Both the position numbers and the translations under genes were made by a program. From Fidelibacterota bacterium (GTDB taxonomy: Bacteria > Fidelibacterota > Marinisomatia > Marinisomatales > Marinisomataceae): a stretch of 64,000 nucleotides of DNA. The stretch lies in contig OZ243041.1 in the NCBI GenBank assembly GCA_965212055.1, positions 896,001-960,000 of the forward strand, written 5' to 3'. The notes beneath the pieces were generated by a model that made no database searches, was not told the origin of the DNA, and worked only from the letters and a program-made list of their open reading frames with translations. Positions 20,189 to 29,122 of this stretch are shown here, one piece after another (positions within the stretch are counted from its first letter, which is position 1; every line of letters starts with the position of its first letter).

Positions 20189-21334
20189 TTATAAATCATA
20201 AAAAATAGAATTTCCTCTTTCTTTCCAAATTTTACAATTAGGATCATTGTCAATGCAAAATTGTCTTGCTAACTCCCATGAATAATTATTGTTTCCATTG
20301 TTATTAAACTGATTTAGTTCATTATTAATCGTTTTTAATAATTTTTCATCAATATTATTCTCAGATTTTGCTAATAAAACTAATAATTCAATAACTGTTA
20401 AATTTATTCTATCTTTATATATTTTTTTGTTCATCAACCATCCAAAAATTTTTCGAACAATATTTTCATAATCATTTCTATAATCTTTTATAATAGTATC
20501 CCAATCATTGTATTGTTTATTATAATATTGAGATAAAAATAACATTAAGACCTTCATATGCTCTTGCTTGTTTAAATACCATAAAGAATATAAATCTTCC
20601 TTAATATCTAGGAATGGAGAAACTTTAAATTGAGTAGCTTTCTGCACTAATTCACACCATACTTTATTATTGAAAGTTTGTTTAAAAAAAATTTCTCTTT
20701 CAATATAACTGCTATGATACTTGCCATGTAATATTAGCAATGCTGATGACCATCCTAAAATTGATTTAGATATTTGCTGATAAATCCAAAATTTTTCATT
20801 ATCTGTTATTTGAGAATCTTTCTCACCAGGATATGCTTGAAGAATAGATATAAGATAAAGCAAAAGAGGAGTTCTGCCTTCACGCAAACTTAATTTACTT
20901 GAATCAATAAATGGAATAGATTCTAATATCTTTTTATTGCCATAGAATACATATGATGCATATTTCAAATCATAGTTGGCCATAGTAGGTTTTAAATATT
21001 TTAGTTTTTTTGCTTGAATTAATTCTATATCAACTTGTCTTATCTGTATTCTTTTTAAAATTGAATTTCTTAAATCTTCTAGATCAGCGATTTCAGAATT
21101 GTCTTTTGTGATAATATATATATCATAATCATTAATGGGTTGAATATCATTATCTACAATTAAAACACTTCCTTCTCCACGCCCAAATCCTCCAGCTAAA
21201 ACAATAGATTCAATATTGGTAAATTCATTTAAGATAATCTGAGTAATTAAATCCAAATCAGAAGAAATTCTATGATATATATCTTGACTATCATGAATTG
21301 TAAATTTTGTACTATTATTGATTCTTTTATTCAT
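20189..21334 (-). CDS. DNA polymerase beta-superfamily nucleotidyltransferase-domain protein
   Basis: IVLAGGFGRGEG...NDYD signature and a later VD, followed by a helical C-terminal region. Confidence 0.7.
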   Translation of the reverse strand: MNKRINNSTKFTIHDSQDIYHRISSDLDLITQIILNEFTNIESIVLAGGFGRGEGSVLIVDNDIQPINDYDIYIITKDNSEIADLEDLRNSILKRIQIRQVDIELIQAKKLKYLKPTMANYDLKYASYVFYGNKKILESIPFIDSSKLSLREGRTPLLLYLISILQAYPGEKDSQITDNEKFWIYQQISKSILGWSSALLILHGKYHSSYIEREIFFKQTFNNKVWCELVQKATQFKVSPFLDIKEDLYSLWYLNKQEHMKVLMLFLSQYYNKQYNDWDTIIKDYRNDYENIVRKIFGWLMNKKIYKDRINLTVIELLVLLAKSENNIDEKLLKTINNELNQFNNNGNNNYSWELARQFCIDNDPNCKIWKERGNSIFYDL

Positions 21335-21342
21335 ATAAGTAT

Positions 21343-22212
21343 TTAATTGTTTGATTGAAAAATACTTTTTATCCCATACTCTGTTGAATATTTATTTTTC
21401 TTTAAATTAAGTTTTTTCATCGTATAAGTATTATCAATGATCAGACTACCAAATAAACGTTGGTGAAATGATGGTTTTATAATCTTAAGTAATTTTTCAA
21501 AAAATATGATATTCACTAGTAAAACTTTTTTATTTAAACATTTTGCAATCAATTGAATAAGTTGTGTTGTAGAAAGAGCTTCATCATCAACAGCTAAAAA
21601 TATTCCTTTTTGTTTTAAAGAAATTATTTGATCTAAAATAAAACAAACATTCCCTACAAAAACCATACTTCGTTTATTTTTAACATTTTTAAACGGTAAA
21701 ATTGGAATTTTTTTAATCAGACTAACTAAGTTCATAAAATTAGCTTTAACTCCAAAACCATATATTAAAGGATTTCTGAGTATTGCAACTTGGAAATCTT
21801 TAGTCTCAATATTCCTTAAAAAATCTTCAGCCTTCAATTTACTAATTGAGTAATAATCAATGGGATTAGTACTGCTATTTTCGTAGTAACATATATCAGA
21901 TTCTTCACCATAAACTTTTATGGTACTTAAAAAGATAAAATGCTTAACCCCGCTTTTCTTTGCTTTTTTAGCTAATTGAAGAGTTTGGTTTACATTAATT
22001 TCTTGATATTGCTCCCATGATGCACCTTTCATCTGATGTACTAATGCGGAACAGTGAATAACTACATCAACATTACTTAAATCGAGATTTATAAAATTGT
22101 TATTGAGAAATGAAAATGTATCTATAGTATACGATGAATTATATTTTTTAAGAAAATAACTACCAACAAACCCATTAGATCCTGTTAATAAAATTCGTTT
22201 CATTGACATCAT
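21343..22212 (-). CDS. NAD-dependent nucleotide-sugar epimerase/reductase
   Basis: TGSNGFVG, STIKVYGE, YSISK, PLIYG..VKANF. Confidence 0.88.
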   Translation of the reverse strand: MMSMKRILLTGSNGFVGSYFLKKYNSSYTIDTFSFLNNNFINLDLSNVDVVIHCSALVHQMKGASWEQYQEINVNQTLQLAKKAKKSGVKHFIFLSTIKVYGEESDICYYENSSTNPIDYYSISKLKAEDFLRNIETKDFQVAILRNPLIYGFGVKANFMNLVSLIKKIPILPFKNVKNKRSMVFVGNVCFILDQIISLKQKGIFLAVDDEALSTTQLIQLIAKCLNKKVLLVNIIFFEKLLKIIKPSFHQRLFGSLIIDNTYTMKKLNLKKNKYSTEYGIKSIFQSNN

Positions 22213-22282
22213 AAGTTTACTATTTTATTTGTGTAAGTTATAGAATAATAAAAACTACAATTAGAAATAATAAGGAAAAAAA

Positions 22283-23128
22283 TTGAAAATAGGCATTCTT
22301 GGACAAGGGTATGTTGGAAGTGCAATTAAAATCGGATTTGAAAAGCACTATAAAGATATTAATACATTTGATAAGTATAGTAAGTCTAAGAGCACTGTTT
22401 CTAATCTAGAAGAACTAACAAAGTCTTCAGAAATTATATTTGTTTGTCTTCCTACACCAATGAAAGAAAATGGTGAATGTGATATTGGAATTGTTAAAAA
22501 AGAAATTGAAAAAATAAATAAATATTCTACCCACAAAAAAATTGTTGTTATTAAATCAACTGTACCTCCTGACACCACAAAAAAAATCAACAACAGCAAC
22601 AAGAATATAGATGTTATTTTTAATCCAGAATTTTTAACTGAACGAAATTTTATTGAGGATTTCAAAAAACAAAATCGAATTGTATTAGGTGGTAATCAAA
22701 AACCAGTTGATATTTTACAACAGGTCTATGGCAAAGTTTTTCCTAATATAACAATTGTTAAAACTGATTCAACGACAGCTGAAATGATTAAATATTTTAC
22801 AAACACATTTCTAGCTACTAAAGTATCTTTTTCGAATGAAATGAAAATAATTTGTGATGAGATTGATGTTGACTATGATAAAGTAGTTGAATATTCCTTG
22901 TATGATCAAAGAATAGGAAAATCACACTTAGGGGTTCCTGGCCCTGATGGGAAGCTTGGGTTTGGAGGAAGCTGTTTTCCAAAAGATATTAATGCATTAA
23001 TATATTTTGCTAAACAAAAAGGAATAGATTTAGATGTATTAAAAAGTGTTTGGGAAACAAATTTAAAAGTTAGGCCTGAAAAAGACTGGGAAAAATTAAA
23101 AGGCAGAGCAGTTATTAAAAAAGACTAA
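22283..23128 (+). CDS. UDP-glucose/GDP-mannose dehydrogenase family, short form
   Basis: GQGYVG, CLPTP, IKSTVPP, NPEFL, GFGGSCFPKD; TTG start with AAGG SD. Confidence 0.88.
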   Translation: MKIGILGQGYVGSAIKIGFEKHYKDINTFDKYSKSKSTVSNLEELTKSSEIIFVCLPTPMKENGECDIGIVKKEIEKINKYSTHKKIVVIKSTVPPDTTKKINNSNKNIDVIFNPEFLTERNFIEDFKKQNRIVLGGNQKPVDILQQVYGKVFPNITIVKTDSTTAEMIKYFTNTFLATKVSFSNEMKIICDEIDVDYDKVVEYSLYDQRIGKSHLGVPGPDGKLGFGGSCFPKDINALIYFAKQKGIDLDVLKSVWETNLKVRPEKDWEKLKGRAVIKKD

Positions 23129-24150
23129 AGAGAAAGCCATCTGTCGTTTTTTAATGTCCAATCAATGGTAGATTCTAATCTATCAAATGCAGATTGAGGC
23201 TCCCAACCCATCTTTTTCATTTTAGAACCATCCAATGCATATCTTAAATCATGTCCTGGTCTTTGAGAATGGAAGTCTACCATTTCGTAGATAAGTTTTT
23301 TTGATTGAGTATCTGCTATAAATTGTGCTAACTGGAGATTATCAATCTCATTTTTACCAACAATATTAAATTTTTGACATTTAGCGCCTGTATCATCAGG
23401 CTCTATAGTCGTAATATCGTAATTATATAAAAATAATAATGCTTCGGCTACATCTTCTGCGTGAATATAATGTCTAGATCCTGCAACAGTCTTGTCTTTG
23501 TTTGCATGTACAGTAACTTTTCCACCGTCTCTTACTTTTTTAATTACCATCGGAATATATTTCTCAGGATTTTGTCTTTCTCCAAATACATTCATTGTAT
23601 GTGTTATGATACATGGGAGTTGATAAGTATTCTCAAAAGCAACTACCAGTTCTTCTGCCCCAGCTTTGGTAGCTGAATATGGATTAGTAGAATTATATCT
23701 ATCATTTTCTTTGTAATTAATACCTTTAGGCGCTGGTCCAAAGACCTCATCAGTGCTAAAATATGCAAATCTTTCTAAACCATCTAATTTTCTCGCATAA
23801 TCCAAAATATGCGCTGTCCCAACTATATTATCCATTACAAACTCTAATGGATAAGAAATTGATCTATCGACGTGTGAACCTGCAGCAAGATGGCTAATAT
23901 AATCTACTTTTCCAATGGTAGCAGTAATTTCAGGGTTCAGTTCAGCTTTTAAATCATGATGAATCACTCTAACTCTTTTTCTTTCAGGTTTAGGATAGGA
24001 AGACACTACTTCATTTAATCTGTTAAGATTCCCACTAAAATCTAATCTATCCAGTGTAACAACTTCCCAATCTGTAGTAGATAAAATTTTATCAATGACA
24101 TGATGTGCGATAAATCCTGCACCGCCTGTAATTAGTATTTTTTTACTCAT
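23125..24150 (-). CDS. dTDP-glucose 4,6-dehydratase family
   Basis: TGGAGFI, HLAAGSHVDRSI, STDEVFG, PYSATKA, RPGHDLRYA. Confidence 0.88.
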   Translation of the reverse strand: MSKKILITGGAGFIAHHVIDKILSTTDWEVVTLDRLDFSGNLNRLNEVVSSYPKPERKRVRVIHHDLKAELNPEITATIGKVDYISHLAAGSHVDRSISYPLEFVMDNIVGTAHILDYARKLDGLERFAYFSTDEVFGPAPKGINYKENDRYNSTNPYSATKAGAEELVVAFENTYQLPCIITHTMNVFGERQNPEKYIPMVIKKVRDGGKVTVHANKDKTVAGSRHYIHAEDVAEALLFLYNYDITTIEPDDTGAKCQKFNIVGKNEIDNLQLAQFIADTQSKKLIYEMVDFHSQRPGHDLRYALDGSKMKKMGWEPQSAFDRLESTIDWTLKNDRWLSL

Positions 24151-24153
24151 CTG

Positions 24154-25065
24154 TTAATTTAATCCTATTTTAGATTTATAGTTTATTATCCAATCTTCTA
24201 ATTTTACTAAAGGTTCCCAATCTAATAATTTTTTTGCTTTATAAACATCAGCTAAATTTGCAAATGGTTCATTAACAGGCTTCTCATAAATTGTATTGTC
24301 CCCTATTAACTGTGCAATATCATTAATTGAAATATTTTTTCCGCTTCCGATGTTAATAACTTCTCCGTAACCAACCTTATTTGATTGCGCTGCTAAAATA
24401 TTTGCTCTTACTACATCTCCTACATAAATAAAGTCTCTTTTTTGGTTGCCATCACCATTTATAGTCATTGGAACATCATCTAAACATTGTTTTATAAATA
24501 TTCCAATAACAGCGGCATATGCTCCCTCTAAATTTTGCCTTTCTCCATAGATATTAAAGTACCTCAATGATACAGTTTCTATTTTATAAGCTTGAAAAAA
24601 CATTTTGCAACATATTTCACCATAATATTTTTGACTGGCATATGGAGATATAGGATTGGGTAAATCATTTTCAGAGGATGGTAATTTTTCTGTTGGCCCA
24701 TAAACAGATGAAGATGCACTATAAATAAATCTTCGAACTTTTGTAGCGCTTGCGCTTTTAAGCATGTTTATTGTCCCAATCGTATTATTTATTTCGTACT
24801 TAATTGGATTATCAATAGATGACTGCACTCCAACTAATGCTGCACAATGAAATACACAATCTGTGTTTTGCATAATTGTCATAAAAATATCCATATTATC
24901 AATATTGGAAATATCATAATGATGATAAAATGCTTTTGGGTTACAATTTTCTTTTTTCCCGGTAGAAAAATTATCTAATACATGAACTTCATGTCCGTCA
25001 TCAACTAAACAATCAACAAGATTACTACCAATAAATCCTGCCCCTCCTGTCACAACATATTTCAT
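24154..25065 (-). CDS. NAD-dependent UDP-hexose/HexNAc 4-epimerase family
   Basis: TGGAGFIGS, SSSVYG, SPYASQK, LRYFNIYG, RDFIYV. Confidence 0.88.
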   Translation of the reverse strand: MKYVVTGGAGFIGSNLVDCLVDDGHEVHVLDNFSTGKKENCNPKAFYHHYDISNIDNMDIFMTIMQNTDCVFHCAALVGVQSSIDNPIKYEINNTIGTINMLKSASATKVRRFIYSASSSVYGPTEKLPSSENDLPNPISPYASQKYYGEICCKMFFQAYKIETVSLRYFNIYGERQNLEGAYAAVIGIFIKQCLDDVPMTINGDGNQKRDFIYVGDVVRANILAAQSNKVGYGEVINIGSGKNISINDIAQLIGDNTIYEKPVNEPFANLADVYKAKKLLDWEPLVKLEDWIINYKSKIGLN

Positions 25066-25068
25066 AAT

Positions 25069-26172
25069 TTATTGTATCTGATTAATTATTAATTCAACAT
25101 CATCTTCAGATAGATAAGGATGCATTGGTAAGCTCAAAATTCTTTTTGATAAATCTTCTGAAGTTGGGAAATCCCCTTTTTGGTATCTTAAATAAGAAAA
25201 TGCTTTCATTAAATGAATAGGACATTTGTAATAAATTGCCGTTGGAATATCGTTTTGCTCTAATTTTTGTATTGTTTGGTTTCTTTGTTGATCTGATTCT
25301 AACAAAATAGAAAATAATGCATGAGATGATACATAATCTTTAGGAATAGATTGGCAATTTTTTAGATTTTTTCTGTATTGAATACTTATTTTCTCTCTTA
25401 AATCTAATTCTTCATCAAAAATAGTTAATTTCTCTAGCAATACAGCGGCTTGTAGGCTATCTAAACGTCCATTCAAACCAATCAATTCACTATGATATCT
25501 ATCAGATGTAGTACCATGAATACGAATTGCTTTACATTTATTCGCTAGATAATCATCATTCGTAAAAATTGCACCTCCATCACCATAACATCCTAATGGT
25601 TTTGCTGGATAAAAAGAAGTAGCAGCCGCATCTCCAAAAGTACCTACTTTTTTATCTCTGATTGCCCCTCCAAAACTTTGTGCCGCATCCTCAAGGACTT
25701 TTAAATCATATTTTTTTGCAATTTCTTCAATAAGACGGTAGCGAGCAGGCAATCCAAACAAATCAACAGGTATAATTGCTTTTGGAGTTAATTTTCCTTC
25801 TGCAATGGTATGTTGAATGGCTAATTCTAATTTTTCACAATCTATATTAAAGGTTGACTCGTAGACATCAACAAAAATAGGGGTTGCTCCTAATAACGAA
25901 ATGACTTCAGCGGTTGCAACATAAGTAAATGGAGTCGTAAATACCGCATCTCCAGGACCTATATTCCATGCCATTAAAGGAATGAGCAATGCATCGGTAC
26001 CTGATGAACATGAAATGGCATGTTTTACCCCACAATACTCTGCTAATTTCTCCTCTAATTCAGTAACTTCTGGCCCCATAATATAGGCACCATGCTCTAA
26101 AATACGATCAAAACGTACGTTGAGGCCTTTACGAATGCGATTTTGTTGTGTTTTTAGATCAATAAAGTCCAT
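25069..26172 (-). CDS. DegT/DnrJ/EryC1/StrS sugar aminotransferase (WbpE-like)
   Basis: SGTDAL, EDAAQSFG, SFYPAKPLGCYGDGG, GLNGRLD, LSLPMHPY. Confidence 0.92.
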   Translation of the reverse strand: MDFIDLKTQQNRIRKGLNVRFDRILEHGAYIMGPEVTELEEKLAEYCGVKHAISCSSGTDALLIPLMAWNIGPGDAVFTTPFTYVATAEVISLLGATPIFVDVYESTFNIDCEKLELAIQHTIAEGKLTPKAIIPVDLFGLPARYRLIEEIAKKYDLKVLEDAAQSFGGAIRDKKVGTFGDAAATSFYPAKPLGCYGDGGAIFTNDDYLANKCKAIRIHGTTSDRYHSELIGLNGRLDSLQAAVLLEKLTIFDEELDLREKISIQYRKNLKNCQSIPKDYVSSHALFSILLESDQQRNQTIQKLEQNDIPTAIYYKCPIHLMKAFSYLRYQKGDFPTSEDLSKRILSLPMHPYLSEDDVELIINQIQ

Positions 26173-26270
26173 TTTCTCATGTTAAGATATTCATACCAAT
26201 TTTAAAAAGGATAATTTATTAGAAAATTTATAGGATAAGCATAGTTTTTTTATAGAGATACAATTAATGT

Positions 26271-26325
26271 TTGCAATCCTCAAATAATTGCGTCAAATTA
26301 TCACAAAGCACTTACTCGTGCTTTT
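26271..26325 (+). promoter_or_regulatory. Putative promoter and 5' leader hairpin of the TonB-dependent receptor
   Basis: TTGCAA-17 nt-CAAATT, then inverted repeat AAAGCAC-ttactc-GTGCTTT at 26305-26324. Confidence 0.45.
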
Positions 26326-26369
26326 GAATATATTAATATATGAAAGTAACCAAGAAAAAGGAGTTAACT

Positions 26370-29063
26370 ATGAATCGTACGATTCTTGGCGCGCTACTTG
26401 GAATCATTATGATTTCTGGCGCAGTTCTTGGGCAGGGTACAGTATCTGGAACCGTTACGGACGCAGATGGAAATGCCTTACCGGGAGCCAATGTTGTTGT
26501 CGACGGAACTTCTTCGGGTGCTGCTGCCACATTAAGTGGAGCATACTCAATAGATCTTCCTAATGGCACCTACACAGTAACTGCTAGCGTAGTAGGACAT
26601 AACAAATCGTCTGCTACAGTGAAAATACAGAATTCCAACGAATCTGCTAATTTCACATTGTCATCTTCATCCGTTGCGTTGGGCGGTGTTGATGTACTAG
26701 CAAATCGTGTAGACAATACTGATGCTATCTCATACGACGACTATACCAAAGCTGATATTGATTTCAGATTAGGTGGTCGTGGATTGCCGAAAGCATTGTC
26801 AACCCTCCCTAGTGTTTTTGTCGAAAACGGTGGTGGTTGGGATGATGAAAATGTATACGTTCGTGGATTTGACGATCGTTATACAGCTTATTTAATTAAT
26901 GGTGTTCCAATGAACGATATGGAAAATGGAAACCTATACTTCTCAAATTGGACTGTACTTGCTGATGTTGCATCAGTAGTACAAATACAAAGAGGAGCTG
27001 GGGCTGTTAATTTAGCTGTACCTAGTTTAGGTGGAACTGTGAACTTTATTAGTGCAGCTCCTACAACTGAAGCTGGCGTACAAATAAAGCAAGAAGTCGG
27101 TGAATACGACTTCAGTAAGACTGCAGTAACAGTAAATTCTGGATTAATAATGGACGATAAAATGACGGTTGTCATGGCAGCTTCACGTAGAACTGCAGAT
27201 CGTTTCTTTGCAACAGGAACTTATTCTGATGCATGGTCTTACTATTTTAATACATCTTATTCTATTAACGATAATAATCGTATAGAAATGGTTGCACTTG
27301 GATCTCCACAATTACATGGTCATAATTTTTGGAATAATCGTGTTTCAAATTATAGTCATGAATTAGCTAGAGATATGGGTGTAGCTGATGAAGATTTAAG
27401 AACAGAATATGGTGTAGATTGGAATCCTAGAGCTGATGAGCTAGACACTCCATACCACGGCAAACGTGCACTCGCTAGTTGGGTACCATTTGACGGTTGG
27501 AATTGGAGAGAAGCTGATCCGCATTCTTCAACGATGATTAATGAAAGAAATAATTACTTCCACAAACCAATTGTGCAAGTTAACTCTTACAATCAAGTAA
27601 GAGATGATATGCTTCTATCTACTGCGGTTTACTACTCCGGTGGTGAAGGTGGTGGTTCAGGTTCTGCTGGTTCTATAAAGTGGAAATCTGACGGTTCAGG
27701 ACGTGATTATGATGCTACAATTTTAAGAAACAGTACAGAAAATTGGGTTGATGGCTACGGTTATCAATCAGCTGGTGTCTTAAGAGGAAGTAGAAACAAT
27801 CAATATACTTATGGTGTAATGTCTAAGTTAGATTGGGATCTTTCTGAATCAACAAAGCTGACTTTCGGACTTGATGTCAGAACAGCAGAAGTTGAACACT
27901 ACAGACAAGTCTATGACTTGCTTGGTGGGGATGTATACTACAACAGTTCAAATGAAAATTGGACAACAGATCAAGAAAAATACAGAACACTTGGTGATAA
28001 AATCCAGTATGACAATACCAATACAATTGATTGGCAAGGTGGATATACACAAGTAAGCTACAATGATGGTAGTGGAGCTACTGCATTTGGTATGTTTGGT
28101 ACTACTAGTGCTAGCTATACTGTACAAGATCACTTCCAGTTAGGAGAACCAACCTTAGAAGCTGATGCTGAAACAGGTTGGCAAATGAAAGTTGGTGGTA
28201 CTTACCCTGTAAGTGACACATGGCTATTGTATGGTAACTTCAGTACTGCAAACCTAACCCCTACATTAGATAAATTAGTTGATGATGCAAATTTCATCGT
28301 AAACACTGATTTTGAAAATGAAAAGGCTACCTGGTTTGATGTTGGTGCGAGATTCCAAGCTCCTAATGGTCAATGGGCAGGTAGTTTAAACTACTACTCA
28401 TCTCAATGGTCTGACAGAGCTCAAAGCGGTGAAGTAGAAGATCTTAGTGGAAACGAATCATTCTTTAGTATTGTTGGTTTGGAAGAAAATCACTCAGGTT
28501 TAGAATATTCTATCGCGTATCAACCAATCCCAGTACTTAGAATTGACGCACGTGGTCATGTGAGTGACTGGAGATTTACTGATAATTTGAACTATACATA
28601 TTATGAAGTAAGCGGTGATCCATCCACTTCCACAAACTTTGACTTGTATGTTAAAGATGTGATGGTATCTGGAGCACCACAAGAAGCTCATAACTTGATT
28701 TTAACAGGATTCTGGAACACAATGAAAGCTTCAATTGAAGTAGAACATTTTGGAAAGCAGTATCCTAGATGGGGTTATGATGGAGCTATTCAAGACTTAG
28801 CATTCTTACTTGGCGAAGGTAATACTTTTGCTGACGATGCTTATGTTACTGATTTTAGCACTCTATATAATTTGAAATTCCAATACGGAATGAATTTAGG
28901 TGGTAAAGATGTAGTACTGAATGCTTCTGTTCATAACGCTGGTGACGAATTATATGTCGGTGACTTTGTTGACGCATATGATGGATCAGGTGATGTTGCA
29001 AATCTAAGAGTCCGTCTAGGGCAACCTAGATCTTGGGTAATTGGATTTACAATTAATTATTAA
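26370..29063 (+). CDS. TonB-dependent outer membrane receptor with N-terminal carboxypeptidase-regulatory-like domain
   Basis: Signal peptide, VSGTVTD..G..LPGANV, plug motifs VRGF, INGVPMND, QRGAG, GGTVN, C-terminal aromatic residue; AAGGAG SD. Confidence 0.93.
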   Translation: MNRTILGALLGIIMISGAVLGQGTVSGTVTDADGNALPGANVVVDGTSSGAAATLSGAYSIDLPNGTYTVTASVVGHNKSSATVKIQNSNESANFTLSSSSVALGGVDVLANRVDNTDAISYDDYTKADIDFRLGGRGLPKALSTLPSVFVENGGGWDDENVYVRGFDDRYTAYLINGVPMNDMENGNLYFSNWTVLADVASVVQIQRGAGAVNLAVPSLGGTVNFISAAPTTEAGVQIKQEVGEYDFSKTAVTVNSGLIMDDKMTVVMAASRRTADRFFATGTYSDAWSYYFNTSYSINDNNRIEMVALGSPQLHGHNFWNNRVSNYSHELARDMGVADEDLRTEYGVDWNPRADELDTPYHGKRALASWVPFDGWNWREADPHSSTMINERNNYFHKPIVQVNSYNQVRDDMLLSTAVYYSGGEGGGSGSAGSIKWKSDGSGRDYDATILRNSTENWVDGYGYQSAGVLRGSRNNQYTYGVMSKLDWDLSESTKLTFGLDVRTAEVEHYRQVYDLLGGDVYYNSSNENWTTDQEKYRTLGDKIQYDNTNTIDWQGGYTQVSYNDGSGATAFGMFGTTSASYTVQDHFQLGEPTLEADAETGWQMKVGGTYPVSDTWLLYGNFSTANLTPTLDKLVDDANFIVNTDFENEKATWFDVGARFQAPNGQWAGSLNYYSSQWSDRAQSGEVEDLSGNESFFSIVGLEENHSGLEYSIAYQPIPVLRIDARGHVSDWRFTDNLNYTYYEVSGDPSTSTNFDLYVKDVMVSGAPQEAHNLILTGFWNTMKASIEVEHFGKQYPRWGYDGAIQDLAFLLGEGNTFADDAYVTDFSTLYNLKFQYGMNLGGKDVVLNASVHNAGDELYVGDFVDAYDGSGDVANLRVRLGQPRSWVIGFTINY

Positions 29064-29090
29064 TCTGTAGTTTTTAGATTAGTAAAATAT

Positions 29091-29122
29091 AAAGAGGCCC
29101 TTCAGCAATGGAGGGCTTTTTT
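29091..29122. terminator. Bidirectional intrinsic terminator between the receptor and dnaG
   Basis: AAAGAGGCCCTTCA-GCAA-TGGAGGGCTTTTTT hairpin with a T-run. Confidence 0.8.

Noticed and set aside
20189..21334. Pol-beta NTase as a CBASS cyclase or MNT-HEPN toxin-antitoxin component
   Set aside because: No effector, Cap or toxin neighbours; it is co-oriented within glycan biosynthesis genes
26173..26369. Cobalamin or TPP riboswitch upstream of the TonB receptor
   Set aside because: Leader is short and AT-rich, with no recognisable conserved riboswitch core
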